From NCBI GenBank assembly GCA_965207225.1, contig CBDBLV010000005.1, positions 864,001 to 928,000 on the forward strand: a stretch of 64,000 nucleotides of DNA, written 5' to 3'. Below are positions 1-9,039 of the stretch, piece by piece (within the stretch, counting starts at the first letter, position 1; each line of letters starts with the position of its first letter). The translations under genes were made by a program, and so were the position numbers. The notes below the pieces were generated by a model that worked only from the letters and a program-made list of their open reading frames with translations, was not told where the DNA came from and made no database searches. This DNA comes from Dehalococcoidia bacterium. GTDB taxonomy: Bacteria > Chloroflexota > Dehalococcoidia > Plut-88900.

Positions 1-11
1 TCACCCTGATT

Positions 12-383
12 ATGTCGTTCGGAAGTGGGAACGAGGACTATGTCCGCCATATGGTCAGTCAAGAATTGCAGCGCCGTGAAGACTATGACCGCTTGCGACT
101 CGAGCTGTTCGAGCCCGCAGAAATAGTCGAATTTGTTGCCGATCTCCTGCAACAGAGCCGGTCAGGCGAACCACCACATGAGTGGTTCCCCTTCACGGAG
201 ACCCTCGTCTGCGAACTTGCGACACGTATGTGCAACAACGGAGGAGTGACCGCCGGAGCAATAATGAAGGCCTTTAACGCCGTACTGACAGAACTGGACT
301 ATGAGATCGGAACTGGCGACGGTGACGAGGTAGGGGAAGCTTCCTTAGTTAGGAGGGGGCTTGAAGCGTTAGAGACCGGTTAG
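12..383 (+). CDS. Hypothetical protein, possibly 5'-truncated by the window edge
   Basis: Frame is open upstream of the ATG to base 3; acidic helical protein; co-oriented with the next gene. Confidence 0.55.
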   Translation: MSFGSGNEDYVRHMVSQELQRREDYDRLRLELFEPAEIVEFVADLLQQSRSGEPPHEWFPFTETLVCELATRMCNNGGVTAGAIMKAFNAVLTELDYEIGTGDGDEVGEASLVRRGLEALETG

Positions 384-404
384 CCTTTCTGGAGGTGGGA
401 CTCC

Positions 405-887
405 ATGTCAGATGACCTCGTCTGGGACTCAGCTGATGACCCCGGCTGGGATATTTATGACGAGCTGTGGCCCCACATCCGGCACCTGGAGCATGAGGCA
501 GGCGAAGGGAGGCTCCCCAGGTGTGCATTTGAGGGGCGGTGTGAGGACTGTCCTGTAGCGTCCGGGAAGACGTGTCCGATCTCAACTGATAACGACTTTA
601 TCTCGCTATTGCTCTACTACAGTGCGACCGATTCCGGACTGAGTCAACTCACGGCCCAGTCATCGCAGTCGTGGACTCAAACAGTTAGAGAACAACGGTT
701 GAACTTGATTGCGAGGGTCTTGCAGAGGAACAAACTAGCGATGCACTGGGAACTGGTTGCGAAAATAGTGAAGGAGGAAGAGCCTGTGCTGTTCCCGTCG
801 CCTAGGTCAGTCCTTGCTACCCTCAGGGGTAACCCTGAACGTTTCTCAATGGAATCGCCCGGTTCATATTTCCTAAACGCGGACTGA
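405..887 (+). CDS. Hypothetical protein with Cys cluster and C-terminal winged-HTH (HARE-HTH-like) domain
   Basis: RBS GGAGGT upstream; C-x5-C-x2-C-x7-C cluster; C-terminal ARVL..AMHWELVAK..SVLATL..F....PGSYFL pattern. Confidence 0.6.
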   Translation: MSDDLVWDSADDPGWDIYDELWPHIRHLEHEAGEGRLPRCAFEGRCEDCPVASGKTCPISTDNDFISLLLYYSATDSGLSQLTAQSSQSWTQTVREQRLNLIARVLQRNKLAMHWELVAKIVKEEEPVLFPSPRSVLATLRGNPERFSMESPGSYFLNAD

Positions 888-1109
888 TCATTCCTGCAGC
901 TTGGCCGCTGGTGACGGTTAAGTCAGTACCTTGACTCCTAAGTCCCCACTTACTGTGGGCATTGAGGCCGAGGTAACCTTGAAAGTTAATTGTTGTGTCA
1001 CTACAATACCACTGACTCAAGAAAAAGGCGGCCAACGTAGACATGTTATCGTCCGCGCCGGGCATTCCTCACCTTTCGGGCTCCTTACAAAGAGTGGATG
1101 TAGCATAAG

Positions 1110-1310
1110 ATGCCCCTCGAAGATTACCTCACAGCTATCGAGGCTGCGCGCCGGCTCCGTGTGCATCCGGAGACCGTAAAGCGCCTCTGCAGGCAGGGTG
1201 ACCTCCCCGCGGAGAAAGTCCACAATACGTGGTTGATACACCAGGACACGCTCGCAGTGTTCGCCGGGACGTACGACCCACGGCCTGGGGCTAAGAGGCG
1301 GCTGCTCTAG
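1110..1310 (+). CDS. Excisionase/HTH_17-type DNA-binding protein, candidate R-M controller
   Basis: YLTAIEAARRLRVHPETVKRLCRQGDLPAEKV..W pattern; ends 1 bp before the methyltransferase start. Confidence 0.85.
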   Translation: MPLEDYLTAIEAARRLRVHPETVKRLCRQGDLPAEKVHNTWLIHQDTLAVFAGTYDPRPGAKRRLL

Positions 1311-1311
1311 T

Positions 1312-2526
1312 ATGGAAATCGACAATCGCTCACACATATCCCTCTTCACGGGAGCCGGGGGGCTAGACCTCGGGATAGACCGGTCGGGCTTTACCACCCT
1401 TGTAGCCGTCGAAAAGGACAAGTATGCCCAGGAGACCCTCAGGTCTAACAGGGCACATTTCGAGTTCCCCAGCTTCGAGTTGCTCGCTGATGCGACCGAG
1501 TTAACAGGGGAAGACCTGCTAAACGCGGCGGGAGTCAAGAGGGGGAACCTAGACTTGCTGAGCGGTGGCCCGCCTTGCCAGGCCTTTAGCACGGCAGGTC
1601 ACCGCGCTTCTCTCTCTGATCCCCGCGGGAGCCTACTCGGCCGGTTCCTACAACTCGTAGGGGAACTCGAGCCAAGGTTCTTCGTCCTCGAGAACGTACG
1701 CGGCGTCCTGTCCGCGGCCCTCAGGCACCGCCCCCTCGATAGGCGGGGGGAGGGACATGAACCGCTCAGTGAGGACGAGGAGCTGGGTAGCCTCCTCAGT
1801 TCCGTGATCCTTCCATGGATCACCGTACGTCTGCGTTACCAAGTCTCATATGGCCTAGTGAATTCCGCGGACTACGGCGTACCTCAGTTACGCCACAGGG
1901 TCGTCTTCATAGGGAGCCGGGATCACGAGCTAAGTGGCTGTGGACAACCCCCCAGCATTGGGGATCTGGTGCCGGCGACCCACTCCGGGCAGCCAGACAG
2001 CGCTCTGCCTCCGTGGCGTACCCTAAGGGACGCCTTGGCCAGACTACCGGTCACCGACTCCGAAGGTGCACGTTACAGTCCGGCGAGGGCGGCGGTGATG
2101 AGGAATGTGCCCCAAGGCAGGAACTGGCGCTTCCTGAGGGACAACTTCGGGGATGACTACCTGCGCTCGGTCATGGGAGGGGCATATGACTCTACCGGGG
2201 GCCGCGTCGGCTTCTGGCGCAGGCTCAACCTGGATAAACCGTCCCCGACACTGCCGGCCAGCCCGGTTCAGAAGGCGACGAGCCTCTGCCACCCCACGGA
2301 GACTAGGCCCTTGAGTGTGCGGGAGTACGCGCGCGTGCAACAGTTCCCCGACGACTATGTCTTCGCCGGCCCGACCTCGGCCAAATATACGCAGATCGGC
2401 AATGCCGTGCCAGTAGGACTGGCCTACGCGGTAGGAAGGGCGGTCGGTCGGTTCTACCTAGGCAATAGGGTTGCGAAGGATCCGGGGGTGCCCCAAGTCC
2501 AGCCCGAACTACTCCCGGCTGGGTAG
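1312..2526 (+). CDS. dcm: DNA (cytosine-5)-methyltransferase, probably GGWCC/GGNCC class
   Basis: Motifs SLFTGAGG, GGPPCQAFS, ENV, QLRHR, QIGNAV; target-recognition region SPVQKATSLCHP resembles AvaII/SinI/Eco47II-type enzymes (from memory). Confidence 0.95.
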   Translation: MEIDNRSHISLFTGAGGLDLGIDRSGFTTLVAVEKDKYAQETLRSNRAHFEFPSFELLADATELTGEDLLNAAGVKRGNLDLLSGGPPCQAFSTAGHRASLSDPRGSLLGRFLQLVGELEPRFFVLENVRGVLSAALRHRPLDRRGEGHEPLSEDEELGSLLSSVILPWITVRLRYQVSYGLVNSADYGVPQLRHRVVFIGSRDHELSGCGQPPSIGDLVPATHSGQPDSALPPWRTLRDALARLPVTDSEGARYSPARAAVMRNVPQGRNWRFLRDNFGDDYLRSVMGGAYDSTGGRVGFWRRLNLDKPSPTLPASPVQKATSLCHPTETRPLSVREYARVQQFPDDYVFAGPTSAKYTQIGNAVPVGLAYAVGRAVGRFYLGNRVAKDPGVPQVQPELLPAG

Positions 2527-2542
2527 GCCCTGGGGTGACAGT

Positions 2543-3292
2543 CTACGGGAACTTAGGTACCATCTCTGCCCAGTTGACCTCGCCTTCCCGGTTGGCCAAG
2601 CCCTCCAGAGTGAGGTACTCCACCAGGCGATCAACTACCCTGACCTTCTCGGCTTCGAACCTGACGTAATCCAGAGGGTTGCGGCCCAGGGCCTCGCTGA
2701 GCCTCTCCAGGAAGCTCTCTCCTGCGCCGAAGTACTCCCACATACACTCACCGACGAGCCAGAGGATCCCCTCGTCGGTCGTGGTTTTCTTACGCTTACC
2801 CCTGGCTACGGCTTTGACCATCACAACCCTGGTGCCCTCCTGGGCGAGTGGGTTGTCGTCGGTGGCCCTCTGACCTTCCCAATACCGTTTGGCGCGGCCT
2901 AAGTTGGTAGCCGTCGCCTCGGTTATGTCACCGTTTGACGTAGAGAGCCCGGACTTTAGGTTGATCACCCTCAGCTCGCCCGGCATCGCTTGGATGAAGT
3001 CTATTCCCTTGTAGCCGGTCAGCCTCTTCTGGGCCAGAGTCACCTTCTGGGGACCCAGTACTTGGAGAATCCTCTCGTACAGGAAACCCATCGTCATTTC
3101 CATAGTGGCAACCAAACGGTGCTCGACTAGCTGCCTCGCCAGCCCTCGGGAGTCGCTTATGCCGAGGCCGCGGTACATGTTCAGGTCGCGTTTCTCGAGC
3201 AAATCCTTGGCCTTAACCTTGCGCGGGGCCTCTTCGGCGTATGCGTTCCACGCCTGAACCACCTTGTCCAACTGGCCTTTGGTGATCGCCAT
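2543..3292 (-). CDS. Putative type II restriction endonuclease (PD-(D/E)xK fold)
   Basis: Convergent with the C5 methyltransferase; MGFLYE..GIDF..INLKSG catalytic-like pattern. Confidence 0.75.
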   Translation of the reverse strand: MAITKGQLDKVVQAWNAYAEEAPRKVKAKDLLEKRDLNMYRGLGISDSRGLARQLVEHRLVATMEMTMGFLYERILQVLGPQKVTLAQKRLTGYKGIDFIQAMPGELRVINLKSGLSTSNGDITEATATNLGRAKRYWEGQRATDDNPLAQEGTRVVMVKAVARGKRKKTTTDEGILWLVGECMWEYFGAGESFLERLSEALGRNPLDYVRFEAEKVRVVDRLVEYLTLEGLANREGEVNWAEMVPKFP

Positions 3293-3505
3293 TGCTGTCC
3301 CCTTACGGCTCTAGGGTCATCCGCCAGTTTACACCTATATTGGTTCGAACTGCACAACATCGCCCGGAGACAACATCAAAGGGAGCGCATTTACCTAGTA
3401 AACAAACCGGGCCCGAGAGTCTCTTGTAACGACGTCTTTACTAAGGTACAAGCATGCCATCTCTAAGGACTCGAATATGGACCAATATCATAGGAGGTTC
3501 CAGAT

Positions 3506-3725
3506 ATGGAAACAGTCACCGCTTTACGGACAATTCACCGAGGGATGGCAGTAAGCGACGGACAAGGGCTGACGCTGTATGTAGGTGCTATGACCCTGGG
3601 CCAGCTAGGCAGGCAGGCGAAAGTGGACATGTGGAGTCCTTCGAACGCTGACGAGTAACAACGCCCCCTTGTAGGCCGGTGGCTCCGAGCACTGGCCCAG
3701 TATCTCATTGACCAACTGTCCAGAA
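3506..3725 (+). pseudogene. Remnant of the N-terminus of a DGQHR/DndB-like protein
   Basis: RBS AGGAGG; METVTAL...KVDMWSPSNADE*QRPLVGRWLRALAQYL, with TAA (3656-3658) where the Tyr of the YQRPL motif is expected; similarity ends soon after. Confidence 0.55.
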
Positions 3726-3943
3726 GGCAGACTACCTCGCTGAAAATCAAACTCCCACCAGTCGCATACGGGGGTGTGCCGTAAGGGCCTATACATTAGA
3801 ATCTCCGGGTATCATCTCTTCCGGATATGCTGACCGATCTGCAGTACTGGTGCGTCCTGTCCGTGCGTGGCTGTCGGAGGCCTAAGATCGGGGAGACTGC
3901 GCACTATTAGTATAACGAACATCACCACTGGGAGCCCGGTGTA

Positions 3944-4630
3944 ATGCCTAGACGACACAGCCTTTGTAAGGCAGTGGCAATCAGGAGCGCCCTGCTCTCC
4001 TGGGGAACAGATCACCAGCGGCACTTCCCGTGGCGGTCCGCAGGGCTGTCGGTCTATGCTGTGCTAATTGCGGAAGTACTGCTGAAACGTACTACTGCGA
4101 CAGCCGCTGCCCGTGTCTTCCCGTCATTTGTCACTCTGTTCCCCGACCTCAGGAGTATCAGGTATGCCCAGGTGAGTCGGCTTGAGAGGGCACTCGCTTC
4201 CGTGGGACTCCACCGACAGCGTGCCAGGGGGCTGAAGGCGATTGCGGAGTATCTGACCACAAAGCACGAAGGGCAAGTCCCCGATAGCTTAAACGAGTTG
4301 GAGAAGGTTCCTCACTTGGGCCCATATTCTGCCAGGGCGGTCTTGTCCTTCGGACACAACATCCCAGCCGCCATCGTCGATTCTAACGTGATTAGGGTCT
4401 TGGGAAGGGTGTATACGAGACTGATCGGTACGTCCCCTTCCCTATCTGCCACCCAAGCTCTCGCCGATACGCTCCTTGACGCCGGAGACCACAAGACATT
4501 CAATTGGGCTCTGCTGGACTTAGGTGCCTTGGTCTGCCGCTATGACAGGCCACTGTGCGGGCAGTGTCCTCTGGCGGGCTCATGCGACTACTTTGACCTC
4601 CAGTCGGCGACAGGGAGCCAACCTGGCTGA
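3944..4630 (+). CDS. HhH-GPD [4Fe-4S] DNA glycosylase, MIG-type T/G mismatch glycosylase
   Basis: FPWR, EVLLKRTTA, LGPYSA, IVDSNV and C-x6-C-x2-C-x5-C cluster; lacks the MutY C-terminal domain. Confidence 0.85.
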   Translation: MPRRHSLCKAVAIRSALLSWGTDHQRHFPWRSAGLSVYAVLIAEVLLKRTTATAAARVFPSFVTLFPDLRSIRYAQVSRLERALASVGLHRQRARGLKAIAEYLTTKHEGQVPDSLNELEKVPHLGPYSARAVLSFGHNIPAAIVDSNVIRVLGRVYTRLIGTSPSLSATQALADTLLDAGDHKTFNWALLDLGALVCRYDRPLCGQCPLAGSCDYFDLQSATGSQPG

Positions 4631-5454
4631 CCTTCATGGCTGGAGTATAGAGAGCAGAAGAGCGAAATCGGCAAAGGCGTCGCGGCTGACCTCGATGTCT
4701 GGGGAGTTGGGTGTGCGCGTACATATCTTTCCTGTGCCCAGCAACATCGGCACATGTCTCTATTAGATGTCCTTACAAGCCTACACAAGCCACGAGCTTT
4801 ATCTCCAAAACTTTCGGCCGGATCCGATGGCAAGGCGAATGAACATGGCAATCAAACCGAGAACCTGCATTAGAACCTCCTTCGCTTGTGTCCACACTGG
4901 CATCCGCAGTGAGAGACGGGAGTGGTTGGGGACTGAAGGTGTACGCGTTCCTGCCGAGGCCGGATGCGCTAAGGGAGGATTGGGGATTCGGGTGGGGCCC
5001 GGACACTGAGGCGTTGAGGAGGTATCACCTGATCTGGGGAGGAGGGATGCAGGGGACGAAACCGCCCCCTGGGGGAGAAGGGTAACCGGGGCTGTGGTTA
5101 CTCAAGAGTGGCATGCGACTAGGCTTAACAAACCAGCCTAGGCGCAGGGCGTATTGGGGCCAGGGTCTCCGAGGGCCGAGTGGGATGTTAGCACTCCGAC
5201 CTCTGTGGCGGTGTCCCTCGGGCCAAACCATGGGGAGAGCAAGGCTCGATCCTTCTGGTCGTGGCCCTGGGAGGCTGTTCGGGGAGCAACGCTCGACCCT
5301 GTGCAGCTTATCCCGGGTTCGTAGGACTAAAACCCTCCAGGTTTGCTAACGTGGAAACGCTGGAAAAAAGCCAGTCAGCAATTTCATTATTGCCCGACAG
5401 GTGTGCTTGAAGGAAGGGTCTTAAGACAGCATTTGGCGCCGCCGCAACACATCA

Positions 5455-5495
5455 CTTACTCCCAAGCCAATCCCTTACTCCCAAGCCAATCCCTT
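5455..5495. repeat. 19-bp tandem duplication CTTACTCCCAAGCCAATCC x2
   Basis: Exact copies at 5455-5473 and 5474-5492. Confidence 0.9.
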
Positions 5496-6369
5496 CCTCC
5501 CTCCCCGCCTACTTGCACCACAGTCCCAGGTTCAGGATCCTCCGTACCCACCTCAACGTTTTCCGCCTTTGCAAGGCCACCTGTGTGTAGTGGAGGGCCG
5601 CGTGGCGCCATCGGGTCTGGCCCACGGCGCCCGAACCCCCGCAAGGGCTGGGTCTCGGGTGGGAGTTTCAGCCCGTGTTCCTCAAGCATGGCCAGCTCAA
5701 GCACCAGCAACCTCTCTTGGGCCAGAAGCCACGATAGATGCTTCCCTTGGTAGGGATGCTCTTCCCTCATCCGGCGCCACTCATCCACCAGGGGCCATTC
5801 AGCGCCGTAGACCTCGGGGGCATCCTCGGCGGGACCCTCGGTGACTACCTCGGGGTTCTCCCGTTTCGGTCGCCACTGTTTCTTGGCACTCAACCTTTCT
5901 ACCGATGGCACAGCACAATGGATTAGAGGTTCCCATTCCACTGTTCTATGTACACCAGCTTCCGAGGCCCGGGATCTGTCTCTACCCATATCTGGCCTTC
6001 CTAGGGCATTCTCCTTCCCCTAACCATCGACGCCTTCTCCTTCAATGGGCGAATTAAGGTTTCCAGGGTCTCCCACAACTCAGACACGTCCTCTTCCAAT
6101 TGCTGGACGCGTTCTTCCAATCCTTCCTACCCAGGAGTCTCGGTGCCCTACCCATCTTGCAGCAGCCTCCCCAGGGCCTTGGCCATGTGATCGGTGATCC
6201 GGCCCGCATCATGCGCCCGGGCCACGGTCTTGTAGTTGACCCCGAGCAACCAGGCCGCACCAACCCTTCCTTTCTGTTGCACAAAGTCACGGAACATGGC
6301 GTTCAAATGACGTCGCCTCGCTCCAACTCCCTGCAATTCGACATTCCCGTTCACTCTTATCTCACTCAT
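5456..6369 (-). pseudogene. Frameshifted gene remnant with N-terminal HTH, coiled coil and conserved-looking C-terminal segment
   Basis: Protein-like pieces in different frames (GAAWLLGVNYKTVARA; LEERVQQLEE; RLLVLELAMLEEHGLKLPPETQPL); RBS GGAGG before ATG at 6369. Confidence 0.5.
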
Positions 6370-7236
6370 TGGTGACCTCCTTCCAACCACGTTCTGTAGG
6401 AGGCCCTTCACGATGTTCCAGCAATATATCCCGGTCCTCCTGGAGCCTTGGCACAAACAGGATTCCCAGCACGCTTCCATGTCACCACACCCGGCATTCC
6501 AGACTGGATGCGTTCGAAGGATAGCCTGCACACGGTCCACGGGTTTATTCGGGGCATCCGTACGCCTTCAGCACGCAGGGCATCTGTCTGCTGTCCTCTC
6601 TTCCCCAGTCCTTAGACTGTCACCTTCAGCGAATCGCTACTGCATCCCTCATTTAATCGCCTGGCCTGATGAGGAATAATTCAGCGCTGACACTCTCCAT
6701 TCATCCGACCCCGGGAAGCGGCGCCGCTGACACTCTCCAATTGGACCGCTTCATCCCTTTCACCCTCGTCCTCAGTGAAACTCTTCAACCCGTTTCACCG
6801 ATGACGGGACATAGTGCCCCATTTCCCTAGTGGCAGTTGTCCACCTACCCCCGGCCCAACGATGGGGTAACTGGGACATCTTGTGCCTAAGCTCGCACCA
6901 CCACACTGCGACCGACACTTTACTGACATTGCTTGCTACCTAGTTGCAAAATAGCCAATTTTCACCTGATTTGGCTTGGCCACGACGCTATAATTCCCCT
7001 TGGACAGAAATGGATTATCTGTACTACCCCGGACCTTCAAACGGGAACATTGCCATACAGACTTGATTTGAGCAGCGAAAAGCCCGCTCAAGGAAGCACC
7101 ACGGAACCTCCAAAGTAACCACCGCACTGGTAGATTCATGGGTTTGGTCTTGGTGAACTACTCATGAACGTCTCACGGTTCGATATCAGTTGTTGGAGAT
7201 GCCCTCCGCTGGAAGCCGCCATGGAATTGAAACATC

Positions 7237-8934
7237 ATGGAACCGATGGCCCGATACACGCATATTCTGAGGTACGTGGCCTCCATGCCGTTTTTGGACC
7301 GGCTGGAGTTGGCAGCAGTCATGCGCATCGCGGACCGGACGACGCACGAGGCAGTGGCCGACCTCTGCGAGGATGGGTTCTTCAGTTCAATTCGCCACGC
7401 CACTCAGCACACTGCATCCACTCGCAGGCTCTGCATCACTTCTAGGGGCCTGAGATACCTGGCTCGCGAAGATGGTTTCGACGCCTATGAGATGCTTGGT
7501 CGCTATCCAGTTTCAGAACACTGGAAGCGGATTCTCCTACAGCGGCTGGATGCCGTAGCAGTAATTTACCGAGTGGCCTCCTCCCTGGCCTTTGCTGGTG
7601 GCCCCATCCGATTCCGTTGGTACCGCAGATCTCCCTTAGATGCCGCCGTGGTGCTGGAAGACGAGCGCACTATAGGCATCGTAAGGCAGGGATTGACCTC
7701 TGACAGGACCGGATTTTCGAAGAGAGTCTGGCGACTTCTCGATGGTGCAAGGCCCAATTGCCTGCTTGTGATCACACCCGACGAGATGCGCCTCCGAAAT
7801 GCCCGACACCTATTGAGGCGATCCCGGGAACCGGTGTTCCTAACGACGGAAAGAAATGCGGCGCGAGTAACGTCCAAGCTTGGGGTCTGGCATAGGGTTT
7901 CCTCGGACGCCTGGTACGATTTAAGTTCAGCCCTGTCTGACGTATTCCGTGATGGTTTAGTCCCAAGAGAGCAGCCACTCTCGAGGATGGTCGTGCTAAA
8001 CGATCTGGCAACACCCGACAGAAAACAGGATGTTGCCGACCACCTGCTCCCGGCGGTGTTGAAACCGGCGGAGAAGCGCGCTCTTGACGTCATCTACGAC
8101 TGGCCATGGATAACCGCCTCTGAGCTTGCAGCTCTGATGGGAGTCTCCGCTCAACGTATATCGCAGGTCGCCGTCCCACTCATCAATGTCGGCCTAATAT
8201 GTAGAACCCGTATGGAGGGCCAGGACCGACTTGGTCTGACAGATAAGGGACTGGCAGTCCTAGCCAAGCGGGACCGTACATCCGTAGGCAGGCTGCGTAA
8301 GCAGTGGAGCTCGGAGTCCACTGGCGATAGCGAGCCTACAACATGGCGGGAAATACTCGGGAGGCGGAGCAGGCTGTTGGCCAGGAACATGGAGCACACT
8401 GAGGCGGTGCATGACTTCTTGGCCAGCCTTTCGAGGCAGGCAAAGGACAAGGGATACGAGGTGGTTCAAATAGACCCTCCACACCGGGCATCTCGATACT
8501 TCTGGTACAACTACAAGCTCTATTCCATCCATCCTGATGCCTTCGGGATGCTGAGAAGGGGTGAAGAATTGATGCCCTTCTTCCTTGAGTGGGAGAGGAG
8601 GGCGGTGAGGCCTGGGACAATGTCTGCAAGGCTTGCCCCCTACCTGCGGTATTACTCATCACATGCTCCTCTGGACGATCATGGAGTGCTGCCCCTGGTG
8701 CTAATGGTCTTCGACGAACACATGGTGGAGTCTAGGTTCCTTCGGGTGGCGAAGGAAGGGACGGAGAGGATGGGGATAGATGTACCCCTGTGGGTCTCTC
8801 ACAAGGAGGTATTGTTGAAATTGGGGCCGCTGGGCGAGTCGTGGCGCAGCCCGCAATCCTTGGAGCGAGGTGCTTTTCCCGGGAAATCTCGACACCGAGG
8901 AACGACGTTAACCTCTCACCTCCGGGACGCCTAA
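7237..8934 (+). CDS. Replication-relaxation family protein (wHTH plus PD-(D/E)xK), apparently internally duplicated
   Basis: C-terminal HTEAVHDF..HPDAFG..FFLEWER..YLRYY motif; N-terminal half repeats the wHTH/LDA pattern. Confidence 0.75.
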   Translation: MEPMARYTHILRYVASMPFLDRLELAAVMRIADRTTHEAVADLCEDGFFSSIRHATQHTASTRRLCITSRGLRYLAREDGFDAYEMLGRYPVSEHWKRILLQRLDAVAVIYRVASSLAFAGGPIRFRWYRRSPLDAAVVLEDERTIGIVRQGLTSDRTGFSKRVWRLLDGARPNCLLVITPDEMRLRNARHLLRRSREPVFLTTERNAARVTSKLGVWHRVSSDAWYDLSSALSDVFRDGLVPREQPLSRMVVLNDLATPDRKQDVADHLLPAVLKPAEKRALDVIYDWPWITASELAALMGVSAQRISQVAVPLINVGLICRTRMEGQDRLGLTDKGLAVLAKRDRTSVGRLRKQWSSESTGDSEPTTWREILGRRSRLLARNMEHTEAVHDFLASLSRQAKDKGYEVVQIDPPHRASRYFWYNYKLYSIHPDAFGMLRRGEELMPFFLEWERRAVRPGTMSARLAPYLRYYSSHAPLDDHGVLPLVLMVFDEHMVESRFLRVAKEGTERMGIDVPLWVSHKEVLLKLGPLGESWRSPQSLERGAFPGKSRHRGTTLTSHLRDA

Positions 8935-8956
8935 TGAGCAGGATCAGCTCAGCCTG

Positions 8957-9007
8957 CAATAACCGAAAGGAAAGCTCTTGACAAGTTATTGTAGAACCTG
9001 ATATACT
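8957..9007 (+). promoter_or_regulatory. Sigma70 promoter with overlapping inverted repeat (operator candidate)
   Basis: TTGACA (8978-8983), 18 bp, TATACT (9002-9007); CAATAAC (8957-8963) and GTTATTG (8985-8991) flank the -35. Confidence 0.65.
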
Positions 9008-9039
9008 GGCCGTATCATACATTCTGTATTTGATTGTCA

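Noticed and set aside
3656-3658. Recoded stop in the DGQHR-like fragment
   Set aside because: It is TAA and similarity ends soon after, which fits decay rather than recoding
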